The notes beneath the pieces are model-generated. The model was not told where the DNA came from. It saw only the letters and a list, made by a program, of their open reading frames with translations, and ran no database searches. A stretch of DNA of 63,850 bases. It comes from Octopus bimaculoides (taxonomy: Eukaryota). Shown here one piece after another: positions 1 to 13,562 of the stretch (within the stretch, counting starts at the first letter, position 1; each line of letters starts with the position of its first letter). The DNA lies in contig NC_068983.1 of the NCBI RefSeq assembly GCF_001194135.2, forward strand, positions 138,749,126 to 138,812,975. Reading direction: 5' to 3'. A program made the translations under genes and the position numbers.

Positions 1-98
1 TATATATGTATATATGTATATATATATCTATATATGTATATATATGTGTATATATGTATATATATATATGTATATATGTATATATATATATATATATA
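1..98. repeat. (TA)n/(TATG)n microsatellite
   Basis: Run of TATA/TATG units seen directly. Confidence 0.95.
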
Positions 99-866
99 AA
101 TGCGTACAACGGCGATTAAATGACTTTAGTATTATGATCAACAGTATCATGATTGCTGACTTCTAATCTACTACAATTTATAACAATTTATAAATATTAT
201 TGGATTTCTACTCTGCTAAAGCATAGAATAATTGAGAGCAGTAGTTTTGCCTCACTTAAAGAAGTAATGACACGTTGTACTGCATCATTTTCTTTGACAA
301 AGAAAACGATGCATTACTACGAATAGTAGGGCTAGACTAAATGCTTTACAATATTTAGCTTTGTACTGCTCTGTTGGGAAATAAAATCTTACAGCTGCTG
401 AAATTTTGATGCTCTCATGATCGATTCAATACTTCTCCAGTACAAGTTTGTATCCTTTTACGAATATACATAAAAAATTATATATATTTTGAACATATTC
501 AACGATGACAGTGCAATATTTAGCATTTACCCATTCACCCCTGGGACAGTCTTATGAGAGTAAAAATAAGTAGCATAAGAGCGATGTGTTTTAATGCTAT
601 AGTAAATCGTTAAATTTTCACACGAGTGCGATAATGCATTAGCACGCTCGAACCATGTTTAATGAAGAGAAATATGAAATTTTTACTTTGAAGATTTCTT
701 TAACCACCGTGGAATCCAGGCGGTTGAACTTGACATCAATATTCTTCAAAATAGTATGATGAAAATTCGTGCATTGAGTGAATTATATGTATGTATGTAT
801 AAACACATACATATATACATAATCACACACAGATATACACGAGCAAACAAACACATACACATACAC

Positions 867-907
<41 letters not shown>

Positions 908-1269
908 CCTTCACTTTAATGGACAATCGATCTGGAAATGAAAAACGGAATCGATCGCATGTCATATTGATTTAATGTCCAGAGTGTAGTACATCATACA
1001 GCAAGGCTACATACAATCTTGTGCATTTATTCTATTTCTGTAACGATTTCTTATAGTGCCGAACAGTGAATAATTTTTAAGTAAAGGACACAAGGGATGA
1101 AATTGAACACAAATGTAAACAGATAAGGTAAACTTAGTCCTAGGAGGACTGATTTTCGAATGTAGACAGTGTGGAACTAATTCTTGTAAGTGTTCTACTG
1201 TCTTGTATATATTAATTAATTAGTACTTCTTATAAAAGCAGAAAGCCACAGTTATTTGTCAGTGGTGAA

Positions 1270-1400
1270 GTAGGGCATGAAAGTATTGTATAAAATACTT
1301 TACAGCATTTGTTCCGGTTAAATGTGTTCTGGGTTCAGATCTTGCCGAGGTCAAGTCTAGGTTTCATTCTTCTAGAGTTCATATAAAAAATACCAATTCA
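1270..1400 (+). mobile_element. Degenerate SINE family B fragment (tRNA-derived head)
   Basis: GTTCTGGGTTCAGATCTTGCCGAGGTCAAGTCTAGGTTTCATTC resembles the B-box/body region of the copy at 41505-41712 (reverse complement). Confidence 0.4.
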
Positions 1401-2406
1401 GGGCAAGGAAGTGGCAGAATTGGTAGAGAATCACACCGGATCCCTCATCCTATCTGTTTCAATTTGGCTGTGCATTCTAAGTTTATTTCTTACCCCGCCA
1501 CCAGAAAAACCACCGCATTAAAACAGTTCGAGAAATCAATGAAAACCTAGATCCCCTAATCTGGTCAGAATACCACCTGACTCAACATATTGTATCGACT
1601 CGGAAATTGTGAATAACAAAATCAAACCTACCAAAATTTAATTCACAAAATAATGGCTCAGAGCAAAATAAAGCACGCTAGTTTTCACCATTTTCTTAAT
1701 ATTAATATCCATGACAATACGTTATTTGCTTCCGTAATAATAGTAAATTATTGGCCATTACTTTTCGAATGGAGTAAACATGTATACAAATTTAAGCATA
1801 TGAAGGAAATGATATATCTAAGAAATGATTAGATTTTAATGACGTGATTAAAGAAGCAACATCTTTAAAATAATAGTCTTTCAAATTTCTTCATATTTTC
1901 ACGTTGACAGAATGTTAGTAAATGTACGTTATCCCTCTCATAATAATTCTTCTCGCGTCTTTTTCATATTCTTTTTTTTCAAAGGGTGCTACAAATAATT
2001 CCTTTAAAATATATAAGTGGATTTTCAAGGGAATATATTCACATGGCGTATCGCAATGAAATTATGGAAGAAAACCGACAATTGATTAATATAGTTATAA
2101 CAAGGTTATTGGCTTCAAAGTATTCAAATATACTTAGAAAGATATTTGGTGCATTATTAAATTGTTTGCATCTAATTTAGTAAGCGGAAGTATTGTAGGC
2201 TATCTGTTATAACAAATGCATATCTATTTGAAAGTATTATAAATTACATTACACGGCGCTTGTGCAATATAGAGATTGTTAATATCTTTCTCGCATAATA
2301 GCACACTTAATTTATTCTATCCATCTAACCATAGTTTTGGCAAGAAAGTAAAGAAGGCACGAACAAGACCATATCTATTGTCTCTCGTTCTTATCCATTT
2401 CTTTCA

Positions 2407-2451
<45 letters not shown>

Positions 2452-3399
2452 ACACACACACACANNNNNNNNNNNNNNNNNNNNNNNNNNNNNNNNNNNN
2501 NNNNNNNNNNNNNNNNNNNNNNNNNNNNNNNNNNNNNNNNNNNNNNNNNNNNNNNNNNNNNNNNNNNNNNNNNNNNNNNNNNNNNNNNNNNNNNNNNNNN
2601 NNNNNNNNNNNNNNNNNNNNNNNNNNNNNNNNNNNNNNNNNNNNNNNNNNNNNNNNNNNNNNNNNNNNNNNNNNNNNNNNNNNNNNNNNNNNNNNNNNNN
2701 NNNNNNNNNNNNNNNNNNNNNNNNNNNNNNNNNNNNNNNNNNNNNNNNNNNNNNNNNNNNNNNNNNNNNNNNNNNNNNNNNNNNNNNNNNNNNNNNNNNN
2801 NNNNNNNNNNNNNNNNNNNNNNNNNNNNNNNNNNNNNNNNNNNNNNNNNNNNNNNNNNNNNNNNNNNNNNNNNNNNNNNNNNNNNNNNNNNNNNNNNNNN
2901 NNNNNNNNNNNNNNNNNNNNNNNNNNNNNNNNNNNNNNNNNNNNNNNNNNNNNNNNNNNNNNNNNNNNNNNNNNNNNNNNNNNNNNNNNNNNNNNNNNNN
3001 NNNNNNNNNNNNNNNNNNNNNNNNNNNNNNNNNNNNNNNNNNNNNNNNNNNNNNNNNNNNNNNNNNNNNNNNNNNNNNNNNNNNNNNNNNNNNNNNNNNN
3101 NNNNNNNNNNNNNNNNNNNNNNNNNNNNNNNNNNNNNNNNNNNNNNNNNNNNNNNNNNNNNNNNNNNNNGGGTATTTGAGTATATTTAAGAATTTAAGGA
3201 ATGGAGAAAACGCATGTTATAATTGCATACTTTATTCCTACATATGTTTCAAAGGATTACAACCTGTGTGATCCATAGGGATCTTTGATATTAAAATTGT
3301 AACCTTCTCATCAGGGAAAGCATGGGAATCATCTTAAACGTAAGACATTATGACCGATTATGAAAACAATAGATGCATAAGGTTATGACTTGATTCATT

Positions 3400-4265
3400 T
3401 AAAAAAAACCGTTAGAGAATTGGACGCTGCCGGAGGAAGAAAAAAATGACACAAGACTGGTTTGAAGCGAGTGTGAAAGAGCTCAATACGCCCATGGAAA
3501 AAAAAGCATGCTGCCCTGTTGAAACACAAACACCAACACACCAGGGCAACGCTGCAAGCATTAAAGTCATCAAGGAACAACATGCAAGAGCCAGTGAGAC
3601 GTACAAATGACTAATGGTTACCACTATGTGAAGATATCGAACTGTCGTTTGTGATGGTGAACTTTCGCGGAACGTATGACGACGGTATCAATAATGCCAT
3701 CGGCCTAATCCAGAGCATGACAGTTCCACTCAAATCCAGAAGCGGAATGAATCATCAAGGGCAAAAGAGAGCAGCTGGAGAGATGGGTGGAGTATTATTC
3801 TGATCTCTACGGCAAGGAAAACATCTCAGACAGCATGCTAGACGTCGTGAAAAAAACTGCTGAAGAGCTGAGCAGAGCCATTTGTGTTTTGCCTACTGGA
3901 TAAGTACCGGGTTTGGACGTCATCCCACCAAAGATCACCAGGAAAATCATACTTAGCAACCGTACCAAGATACCCAGTATATTCACCCTACTCAAGCTGC
4001 GCCGCCTAAGCTGGCTCGGTCATATATATCGTATGCCGGACTGGAGGATCCCAAAAGAACCCTTTGATGGCGAATTAGCCACCGGCAAAAGAGCAGAGAA
4101 CGATCTCATATTCCTTTCGAGGATGTTTGCAAGATAAATATTGTTGGGAGGAGATCACATATGATAGGCTACGCTGGAGACGAATACTATGAAAGAGGAG
4201 ACAGCGAAGAGAAGAGAAATAGGAATTGTCACCAAAGATAAGCGCACTCGACGAAAGGAAAAACC
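3400..4265 (+). mobile_element. RTE-clade LINE remnant, internally deleted (pre-RT linker fused to C-terminal region)
   Basis: Translation gives DWFEAS..ALLKHKH..LERWVEYYSDLY..VPGLDVIPP, then directly IPSIFTLLKLRRLSWLGHIYRMPDWRIPKEPFDGELATGKR and WEEITYDRLRWRR. These are pre-RT and post-RT motifs typical of RTE/BovB-like ORFs. Stops and frameshifts are present. Confidence 0.8.
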
Positions 4266-6459
4266 GGAAGCGTTTAGTGGGGTAAAGAAAAGTTATCCCG
4301 CGACTGTTGACCTACTATGAATATTTGCCACGGAATGTGTTGTCAATACACATAGCGGTGACGAGGCTCCGCAACAGAATTCGGCTTACTGTCCAAAAAT
4401 CACAATACATATAAGGAACCAGAACATTTAAAACAAATACAATCTGTCTGACTTTTGCCAATATCTATTTGGGCTGATATCTATTTTGGATATCTATTTC
4501 TTTTCTAACGTTTGTTCCTCTACCCACGAGTACTCTTCTGTAAATTAATTCATATTTTGAATAAAGTATTCCCATGTTTAGTTACTGTAGTACGGCGGTA
4601 TCATTTTATAATTTATTTTGTATTCTGTGGCAATGTTTCTCCTATCGTTAGAGTGATAACCGGCAAAGTTTTATAAAACAAATGACGAATAAATAGATTA
4701 CAAATAATTAGATCTATGGTCGTTTAGTTGACAGCAATTTTATTACGTTATAAAGTAATAAATTAGTTGTTGAAATCTGTTAAACTCGAAGATATCTAAA
4801 TATAAAACAGGTGTGTTTACATCAGTTTTGATTAGAGAAATAACTAACAGTCCATTCAGACATATGATACACAAATTATGAGATTATTGACGTATCAAGC
4901 TGCATATAATTATTTAATTAACTGATATCTTCAGTTACTTTAATTTGATCTAATAGTAAATAAGAATATAATTTTTTTTGTCAAGTAGACCAGCAGGAAG
5001 TGATTATCACATAAGATACTTTAAGCGATGCAGAAGCATATCAAGGAAAAATAGTTCAATAAATACTAGGGAAATATTAAACATCAATTTTAGGAAATTT
5101 GTTAGGTGAAGTAAATATATTTCGAACAACACCGGATTATGTTCATATGCAATGTTTTACTTACTCCTCCTCACTTAAGATTTAATAATTCTTTGATTTC
5201 ATCTCAGAAACATTTGTTTCTATCACGATGGGATAAAATTAAATTTTAAGGAAATTTTGTTTTGCTTTGTTTCTATAATCCTTGCCTGAGAACCTTTGGA
5301 TTACCAGTTATTTTCCCGGACATAACATATATTTCCATTCAGTCCATCATTTAATTACAGTATTACAGTTAGTTTTAACAACTTTTCTGCTGGAGTATGA
5401 AGACGTGACTATGTCAAGATATCCATAATCTGCTTTTGAAAATACTTCCTTGAAACTTGGCTGCCTTGACATGCCAAAAGATTAAAGTAATCTGCATGAC
5501 ATATGTTAATCTCCATGCAAAGATTTAAGCGCTTCTCTAACAATATGACTCTGAAGCGCACTACTTTCCGATGCAAACTTTACTTACAATTAACATACTA
5601 AGAGTTAAGTATGCACGGCCTATCATGAGTGTTGACAGTTAGGATACAACAAAAGAAGCTCGTCTCCAGCATCATGTCTCTTCTATATGGAGGTCTAATA
5701 AAAACAGATACGTCATACAATTGACTCGTGTAACTGTTATCTATGTATATTTCTGACTACGAATGAAAGCAATCACGTTGATCGCTATATGTAGAAATAT
5801 ATTTGGGGGTTCAATCACTTAGAAGTTTCGTTTAATTTCTATTCGCCATTTGTGGCCAATATTATAAGATCCTTGATTGAAAGGATTTAACTATTCCTCC
5901 TCCTGAAATAAATTGGTCCTCTGCTGATATCACAAACTAATAATTATTGATATCTTATTGGGCAGAAGGCTACAAATGTTTCAAAGATATTTATAGTAAA
6001 TTTAATCAAGTACAATACATACCTAATGCTGCATTTATTTACTCCAAAAGAATGGAAGGTAAAGCAGGTTTCATGATAGGGAATATAATTAAATAATAGA
6101 ATGTCTTTTGTAAGACTTCTCTTATTTCTTCTTCCACATTCCTAAAATAGATACTATAAACTTCATTACAAGAGTGGAATAGATTCAGTTGATGCTACAG
6201 TATTATTGAAATGTAGTGTCAGTGCCTATGTAAGAAACGAATTTCTGCATGCTCAGCCTTTATTTTATCAGACTGCTTATTTCATTTACAGTTTTAAAAA
6301 ATAGTAGATATATAGTACTTTAACAGCTCTGCTAGATGTTCCTAATTTGGTGTTAACTAGCACAAGATAAATCTACAATGAATTGCTTAGAGTAAATTTC
6401 GACAATTCTGTGTATAATTGTACAAATCTCAAAAAGCCCTATATTTTTGATGATTGAAA

Positions 6460-6720
6460 CAGGCCATACGAAATTCATGGTTCCAGGTCAGGTGGGCGAT
6501 GGGAGTGTGTCACAATTCAGCTTGGCGATCGTTTACTTCCCACTTATAAAATGCTTTTCATTTGATTTGATTTCATGAAATGTAGACGGAGCTGCATGGT
6601 TTCTCCGAAATATGCGAATTTTGGCAACGTTCAGCTGGTTGATTAAATGGTCACCTTTTGGTTGACATTTTAACTGGAACTGAAAATATTCCTTTGCCAA
6701 ATGCTGGCAGATATAAAAGA
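6460..6720 (-). mobile_element. Possible highly decayed Tc1/mariner catalytic-domain fragment
   Basis: Minus strand gives HAAPS followed about 38 codons later by a frameshifted P..PDLEP.NF.VW, resembling QDGAPxH and WPPxSPDLNPLDFxxW. Very degraded. Confidence 0.25.
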
Positions 6721-7679
6721 AAGCGAAATAAGGCTTGTTATGTTCTGGCCCCAGTTATTTTGTAGGATATTAACGAAATGAAGATCGCATAAGATAGATG
6801 CCATCGATGCTTAATAAGAACAAAGTTGATAACAAGGGTGGAAGATGTCTATAAATATTGCTTCCATCGTTCTAATTAATAGTTATTTTCCATTCTTATT
6901 ATCGTAATACAAAATTGGTCGGAACTAATTATATATTTAATTACATGACCGAAACTCAATCACCTAAACTAATTATCTCTTTAATTGAATTGCCCACTTT
7001 TACTATCAGAAGATGGAGGAGACCACTTTAGAATCGTACTTAATAAATGCAATGTAAGGAACAACAGCCATAGGAAATCTACCCTATCTGACTAACAACT
7101 TGACTTTTAAATTCGAAAATATTGTTAAAGTGATGATACTCAACAAACTATCTACAACCCAACAATGTTATAGGCGTGAAAAAATTTATTTTAGTAATTT
7201 ATATGCAAATAGACTGCCATTTGCGAGTGGTTAACAATTTAATTTCGAAACTAAATGGCAAACGTTCGATATCAGGATGCAGCAATTGGGTGAATATCTT
7301 ATGGTGTAGTCTCGATAGAGCAATGAATGTTAGGGAAGTATATATTTGTGTATGTGAGAGCACCCATTTGAGTGCATATAGAGCAGTATATATATATATA
7401 TATATATNNNNNNNNNNNNNNNNNNNNNNNNNNNNNNNNNNNNNNNNNNNNNNNNNNNNNNNNNNNNNNNNNNNNNNNNNNNNNNNNNNNNNNNNNNNNN
7501 NNNNNNNNNNNNNNNNNNNNNNNNNNNNNNNNNNNNNNNNNNNNNNNNNNNNNNNNNNNNNNNNNNNNNNNNNNNNNNNNNNNNNNNNNNTAGTTTAGAT
7601 AAGATAGGAAAGAGAGAGTGAATGCAGGGCTATTGTATTTATAAATCCACTGTTTAGGCAGAATGGTATACATATAAGA

Positions 7680-7782
7680 TTCCAATACCTTATGAGCAAA
7701 ATCCAACAGTATATAAAATTGGTCATTACATTTGTAAATCCGTTAGTAAGGTTCCAATACCCTATGAGTAAAATCCAACAGT
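7680..7782 (+). repeat. 31-bp direct repeat, 72-bp period
   Basis: TTCCAATACC(T/C)TATGAG(C/T)AAAATCCAACAGT at 7680-7710 and 7752-7782. Confidence 0.85.
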
Positions 7783-7899
7783 CTTTGAAATGGTTCATTC
7801 CAAATACAGAGTTTATTCACAATGTTATTGAATCAAGGGTTCTTTCTGTTTAAAGTCACCTAAAAGCAGGGAATGTATTAGTAAGGTGAAATCGAAAAC

Positions 7900-8165
7900 A
7901 GGAAGAGAGGAATAAAGGAAGAGGAAAAAACGGAAGAGAAAAAAGTGTGGGGGAGAAATAGAAGTAAAAAGAAGAAAATAATAAAAGGAATAAAGAAAAG
8001 AAAGGAAAAAGGAAGACAAAAATAGAGGTAAGGGAAAGTGAACAAGAATGGTCAGTGAATATAAGAAGGTAGAAACGGGAGGCTAAGGGTGAAAGAGAGA
8101 GAAAGGTATTAGAGTGTAGAAAGATCGAAGGAATGAGGTGGGGGGTTATGAAGAGAGAGATATTA
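7900..8165. repeat. Purine-rich (GA/GAA) low-complexity tract
   Basis: Strong A+G skew on the + strand; it explains the F/L/S-rich minus-strand ORFs. Confidence 0.8.
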
Positions 8166-9765
8166 AGCTTTAAGGAGTGTAAATTGCAGTGATGGTGTCT
8201 AAATGATGGGGTAGACAAAGGAATTAGGATGGTTGGACAGGTCAGTAATGCATCTGTAAGACCTTATGTTTATAAATGTTCTATATCATACACAGCCTTG
8301 GTTTTTTTTTATCTCATTACGAAAATTAAATCCTTATATTCACACATTGATATATGACCTACGTTGGACCCCTTATTCGCATAATCACCGAATCTGGATC
8401 TTTACTATGGTCTATCCATAGCACGTGCTTCACATTACCTGAAGCCTCTAGGTCTAATTGACACCACTATCACTCGTAACCTCTCTCTCTCTCTCTCACT
8501 ATCTATCTCTCTCTCTCTATATATATATATGTACATTCTTTCAACATATACGTATATACTTTATGTATGAATGGATGTATATTATACATATATATGTGCA
8601 TATATAACATATGTATTTTCTGCATACCTTTCTTTCGAACTTCTCCTAAGTGGTCACGCTAGCCACTAAAATATTATTGACCTGTCTGAAACCAATATTC
8701 AACTGATATTCTTCTTTCACCCACGAAACTCTCTCACCTCTTGTTATAAATCCTTCTGTGTCATATTATCTTATCTGCATGGCAGTCTCACAGTCTCAGG
8801 CTAATACTTAAAAATAAACTTAAGCTGTCACTTCAATTCCTGAGTTAACATGCCTTGCTTATTGTTTAAGTCCTTAAACATTCATAAAATGTCTTACCGA
8901 ACGACTCCTGCGTAGCAATATCTTAACTGCAGCCTCCAGCCATCTGCAACATCTCTGTATAGTCATAGAAATCTACCTATTTTTCTCATTTCCCTTTGAA
9001 GAATTCTTCTGGTTGTTGTTTTTTAATATCTCTGCGGAGAATGCTATTTTAATGCGATCGCGCATTTTCAAGCAGTTCCTTATTTATATAAATTCCAGTC
9101 AATAGCTTGAGTAGTTAGCATCACAAATCTTGAATTTAAAAAAGTTAGATGCAAAATACCGAATAATTGCAGAGTGAATTTGTTTGTGTAAGACACATCG
9201 CCTGTCGTTACGTCTGTGTATAACTAGGCTATTGATTCACCCATTCACCCAGGCGAGTTTTGGAAGTCAATTATATATAATGTAACTGCACATGTGCGGT
9301 TGGCAATTTCTTTTCCTTCTTTGCACTTTTCAATGCTCGAAACGTCAAATGCTCTCTCTTCTCACTGAGCGTCAAATAATGTCGTTGTGCACATCCTCTT
9401 GTTGTCTGTTATTGTTAATCTCAATGTTTGTTTAATTGACTATATATATGTATTTATGTATGTGTATACACACACATACACACACACACTACATTCCTCC
9501 ATGGCAAGGTTTAATTTGTGAATACAAATTTAATTTGCGGTCCATGGGAAGAGCCGTTTTAACGATGCGTCCTACCCAGCTCTTCGAAACGCCGGTGTTA
9601 AAACGGGGGTAGCAGATGAAGGAAAATGTTCTCTATGTGGCTTGTGTGTTTTCTTGTCTACGTTTTGTTTGCAATGTCCTGTACCCAGATATGCACCTAT
9701 ACATACAGGTGGATGTCGGTATGCACATACCTGTACGTATATATGCATATACTCATTTACTATTT

Positions 9766-9815
<50 letters not shown>

Positions 9816-9889
9816 TCTATGGTAACCACAATAACATAGATAGGAATAAATACAGAAGTATACTATATTATAGCAGCTGTAATATACTA

Positions 9890-10465
9890 CTACTAGCAAC
9901 AATAATGAAAATGCACCATGACAGTGTAGCAAGAATGATCCATTGGAAGCTCTGTGGAAATCACAAAGAGCAAAGACGTGGTATAAGATAATTCCAGAAG
10001 GAGTCACAGAAAATGAGAATTGCAAAATCCGCAATGATCCAGTGCCATCACCCGACCAAACATCGGAAGCTGGACATTGTTTTGATGAATAAAAAGGAAA
10101 GAAGATTATGATAATCAACATAGCATGCCCCGGCAATGTAAAAGAAGAGAAATAAGCAAGTATGGTGATTTGATGTGGGAAATACGAAGGTTGTGATCAA
10201 TGAAGAGAGCAGACGTGATACCGATAATTGGTGCACTTAGAAGTATCAGCACTCAACTACCAGCATGGCTGAAAAAAATTGGTGCAAGTTTGAATGTATA
10301 ACACCTAGAAAAATCAGCATTGCTTGGAATTGCAAGAATTCTCCGCAGGGTTCTTGAAGCATGACCAGTAAACAAGTGTCACCTTAGTCTGCTGGCTGCG
10401 GGCAGTTGTTACTTTCCATAATACCCAACAAAATAAGCTGAGTTGTTTTTGTATACAATAATAAT
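9890..10465 (+). mobile_element. R4/Dong-clade non-LTR retrotransposon 3' fragment (RLE domain), 5'-truncated
   Basis: HDSVARMIHWKLC, GVTENENCKI, KHRKLDIVLM, IINIACP, KYGDLMWEIRRL, VIPIIGAL and SALLGIARILRRVLEA* are C-terminal restriction-like endonuclease motifs. A short 3' UTR ends in degenerate AATAAT repeats. Confidence 0.85.
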
Positions 10466-10769
10466 TAAAAAGTAATAATGGTGATAATGATGATAAAATA
10501 CTGTGTGTATTACATGGAGAAACAATGTTAGCAATAATAACCTAACTACACATCGGAATAATAGCTCAAGTACAGAGGACAATATGAAAGCAATTAATTG
10601 TGTTCATGCACACAGATCACAGTTATAATAACATAGGATCGTATTGTTCAATGTACAAAAATACGTTTGTTGCCAAATATCGAACTGATAAACCTAAAGG
10701 CTCATCTTACCTATAAGTACGAGCAGAAACAAAAATGACAGGCGATTAAGTTTGTGAATTGTGAACAGG

Positions 10770-11290
10770 TGTAATCCTCAATTCGGATTCAACTTAGCAA
10801 CCAACATATGTGCAAAACCTTTCAAAGCTTTTGACAAGCACTTCCATATATCCAAGTCGTATTCGAAAATATTTAACAGATACCCTGTAAAGCTGGTCAA
10901 ATCCATAGCAATTAATAATTCGTAATACACTGATTCAACAATAAAATTTTTTTAGATTCTATCCCCTGATTATATACCCACTAGAACAAACAATCTAAAT
11001 AGGCATAAATTTACTGATCTATTATTCACGCTAATAATATATATCTTAGGACGACAGTAAAAAACAACCCTAACGTATCCAATCGAGTAAATGAACTCTG
11101 TAATTGTAGAAATAGATCATTGTATCTACATGAATATTGTCTTAGAATATTAATTATAAACAGTATTCACACTTGGCAATGTGCATATATATACTGGGTA
11201 TAATTGAGATAATTTTAAATGCATATACTCTAATCACAATTACAAGTTTAAGGATAGAAGTATGGCTAATTTTACTTCTATATATAGAAG
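10770..11290 (+). mobile_element. Penelope-like element remnant (post-RT linker + GIY-YIG endonuclease)
   Basis: CNPQFGFNLATNI..FDKHF..YSKIFNRYPVKL matches the WFNPPFS..TNIG..DKHF..KIFNR..K linker. It is followed by ELCNCRNRS..L..YCL, IYTG and NFKCIYSNH..KFKDR. Several stops and frameshifts. Confidence 0.75.
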
Positions 11291-12075
11291 AAATTAGAGA
11301 AGAATCTCACCAATTGAAATAAAAACGATCGAAACCAACTACGTTTGCTCAATCATGAAACTATTACATATAAACCGCAAGATGACTCGTTAAAATAAAG
11401 GCGACATCTATGCCAGTAATATCGGTACGCTCGGCAAACCGTGACGTTTAAGCTGCATGCAGATTGGTCAAACCGTATTCCAAAACATCGGGTTGTTGGA
11501 GCCTTCTAAGGCGTACAAAATGAAGAAGTTAGTAATTTTACTACAGTTGTCAAGAGCTCAACTGTCATTTAAACATTTTGAAATCTGATGATAGATACGA
11601 ACGTATGAAAGCAACAATTGAACTTTATGTACATTACAAAATATTTTTTTAATGTTTGCCACGCATCAACATTGTAAAAATTCATATTTTAAAAAATATC
11701 CTAATAAAAAACGTGAAAACCAGACCATGTTTTAACGTTATTCAACTTATATATATATATATATATATATATNNNNNNNNNNNNNNNNNNNNNNNNNNNN
11801 NNNNNNNNNNNNNNNNNNNNNNNNNNNNNNNNNNNNNNNNNNNNNNNNNNNNNNNNNNNNNNNNNNNNNNNNNNNNNNNNNNNNNNNNNNNNNNNNNNNN
11901 NNNNNNNNNNNNNNNNNNNNNNNNNNNNNNNNNNNNNNNNNNNNNNNNNNNNNNNNNNNNNNNNNNNNNNNNNNNNNNNNNNNNNNNNNNNNNNNNNNNN
12001 NNNNNNNNNNNNNNNNNNNNNNNNNNNNNNNATATAAAGGAATAAAAGAATAAAAGAATAAAATAATATATATAC

Positions 12076-12124
<49 letters not shown>

Positions 12125-12127
<3 letters not shown>

Positions 12128-12408
12128 CTCTTTTATTTGTTCAGTCATTTGACAGTGGCCATGCTGGAGCACCGCCTTTAGTCGAGCAAATCGACCCCAC
12201 AACTTATTCTTCGTAAGCATAGTACTTATGCTATCGGTCTCTTTTGCCGAACCGCTAAGTTACGGAGACGATAGTAGGGGGACAAACACAGACACACATA
12301 CATATATATATATACATATATACGACGGGCTTCTTTCAGTTTCCGTCTACCAAATTCACTCACAAGGCTTTGGTCGGCCCGAGGCTATAGAAGAACACAC
12401 TTGCCCAA
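12125..12408 (-). mobile_element. SINE family A (tRNA-derived, CORE-like; resembles octopus OR-type SINEs), 5'-truncated
   Basis: Near-identical to copies at 34311-34684, 55104-55497 and (reverse) 31455-31920: CATGCTGGAGCACCGCCTTTAGTCGAGCAAATCGACCCC...GGCTTTGGTCGGCCCGAGGCTATAG, with an internal (TA)n. Confidence 0.9.
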
Positions 12409-12994
12409 TTTAAAGAAGGAACAAAAATTAGATAATAATCTTGTATTTATGACATACATTAATACAACAAATACATTAAGACATTGAGAACATATTAAAA
12501 GTATTATTTAAGAATATAATAGAAATAAGAAATGTATGATATAACAATATATATGAAAATATAAGCAAGAAAAACTTCGATATGTAGAGTGATATAGAGA
12601 ATGTAAGAACATTTATTTAAAATAAAGAATTAAAAATTTAAATTTAAGAATTAAAATTTACAGATTACAAATTACATTGAGGGCAGTGAGAATCGTTAAT
12701 GAGATAGCAATATTTATTTCAATATATCGTGGTTTATTATACCCCACCCTCATAACGAGATTATGGACAAATGTAATTTGCGCATTCAGGACTCTTACAT
12801 TCTTCTTAGATCGTATAATTCAGGTATATTAAATAAATTTCCCGATGCGATTAATTCATGTACTCGAAAATCTCATTCAATATTCATGAAACTCCAAAAA
12901 GCACGGTATGATAAATAGCGACCTTTGAACTCTAATCTCTCTTTTATCATTCATTATTATATATGATACTTCATAATATAATAATGATAATAAA

Positions 12995-13028
<34 letters not shown>

Positions 13029-13032
<4 letters not shown>

Positions 13033-13362
13033 GAAATGGAAACACTTTCAAAATACAAAAACCTGGAAATAGAGACAACTCGAATGTGGAATCTAAAAAC
13101 AGAAACAATTCCTATCATAGTAGGTGCCTTAGGTATAATAAAAAAAATATTCAGACAAATACATAACAAAAATACCAGAACTTACAAATATATATAACAT
13201 ACAGAAAATTGCACTACTGGGTACTGCACACATTCTACGCAAAACACTTTCAATACAGTAAACATAAGAGCACCACAGCAAACCACAGCACATACCCAAG
13301 GCGCACAGAGCTGCGTTCGGTAGTGAAGTGAAAGCACGTTATAAAAATAAAACTACTGAACA
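13029..13362 (+). mobile_element. R4/Dong-clade retrotransposon, short 5'-truncated copy embedded in (TAA)n
   Basis: KEMETLSKYKNLEIETTRMWNLKTETIPIIVGALG..IQKIALLGTAHILRKTLSIQ* plus a 3' UTR. (TAA)n lies immediately left (about 12983-13028) and right (about 13362-13397). Confidence 0.9.
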
Positions 13363-13562
13363 ATAATAATAATAATAATAAGACACCGGGATAATAATAA
13401 TAATAATATATTCATAATTTCTTTAAATTTCAGCTTTCCCATCATGCTTAATCAAGTCGATATAAAAATAGTCCATATCTAGCCCATAACTGGTGACCAG
13501 CATAATATAACCCTAAGTGAAATGTCCTTACTCTATATCTTCTTTCGAACATTTCTCTCTAT

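Noticed and set aside
7680-7782. CRISPR-like repeat-spacer-repeat appearance
   Set aside because: Only two units, eukaryotic context and no cas genes; kept as a plain direct repeat.
8180-8480. Possible third Penelope GIY-YIG remnant (VYKCS, YDLRW..PYS)
   Set aside because: Too few motif residues and too many frame changes are needed to support it.
9300-9400. CGAAACGTC resembling a hammerhead half-core
   Set aside because: No upstream CTGANGA.
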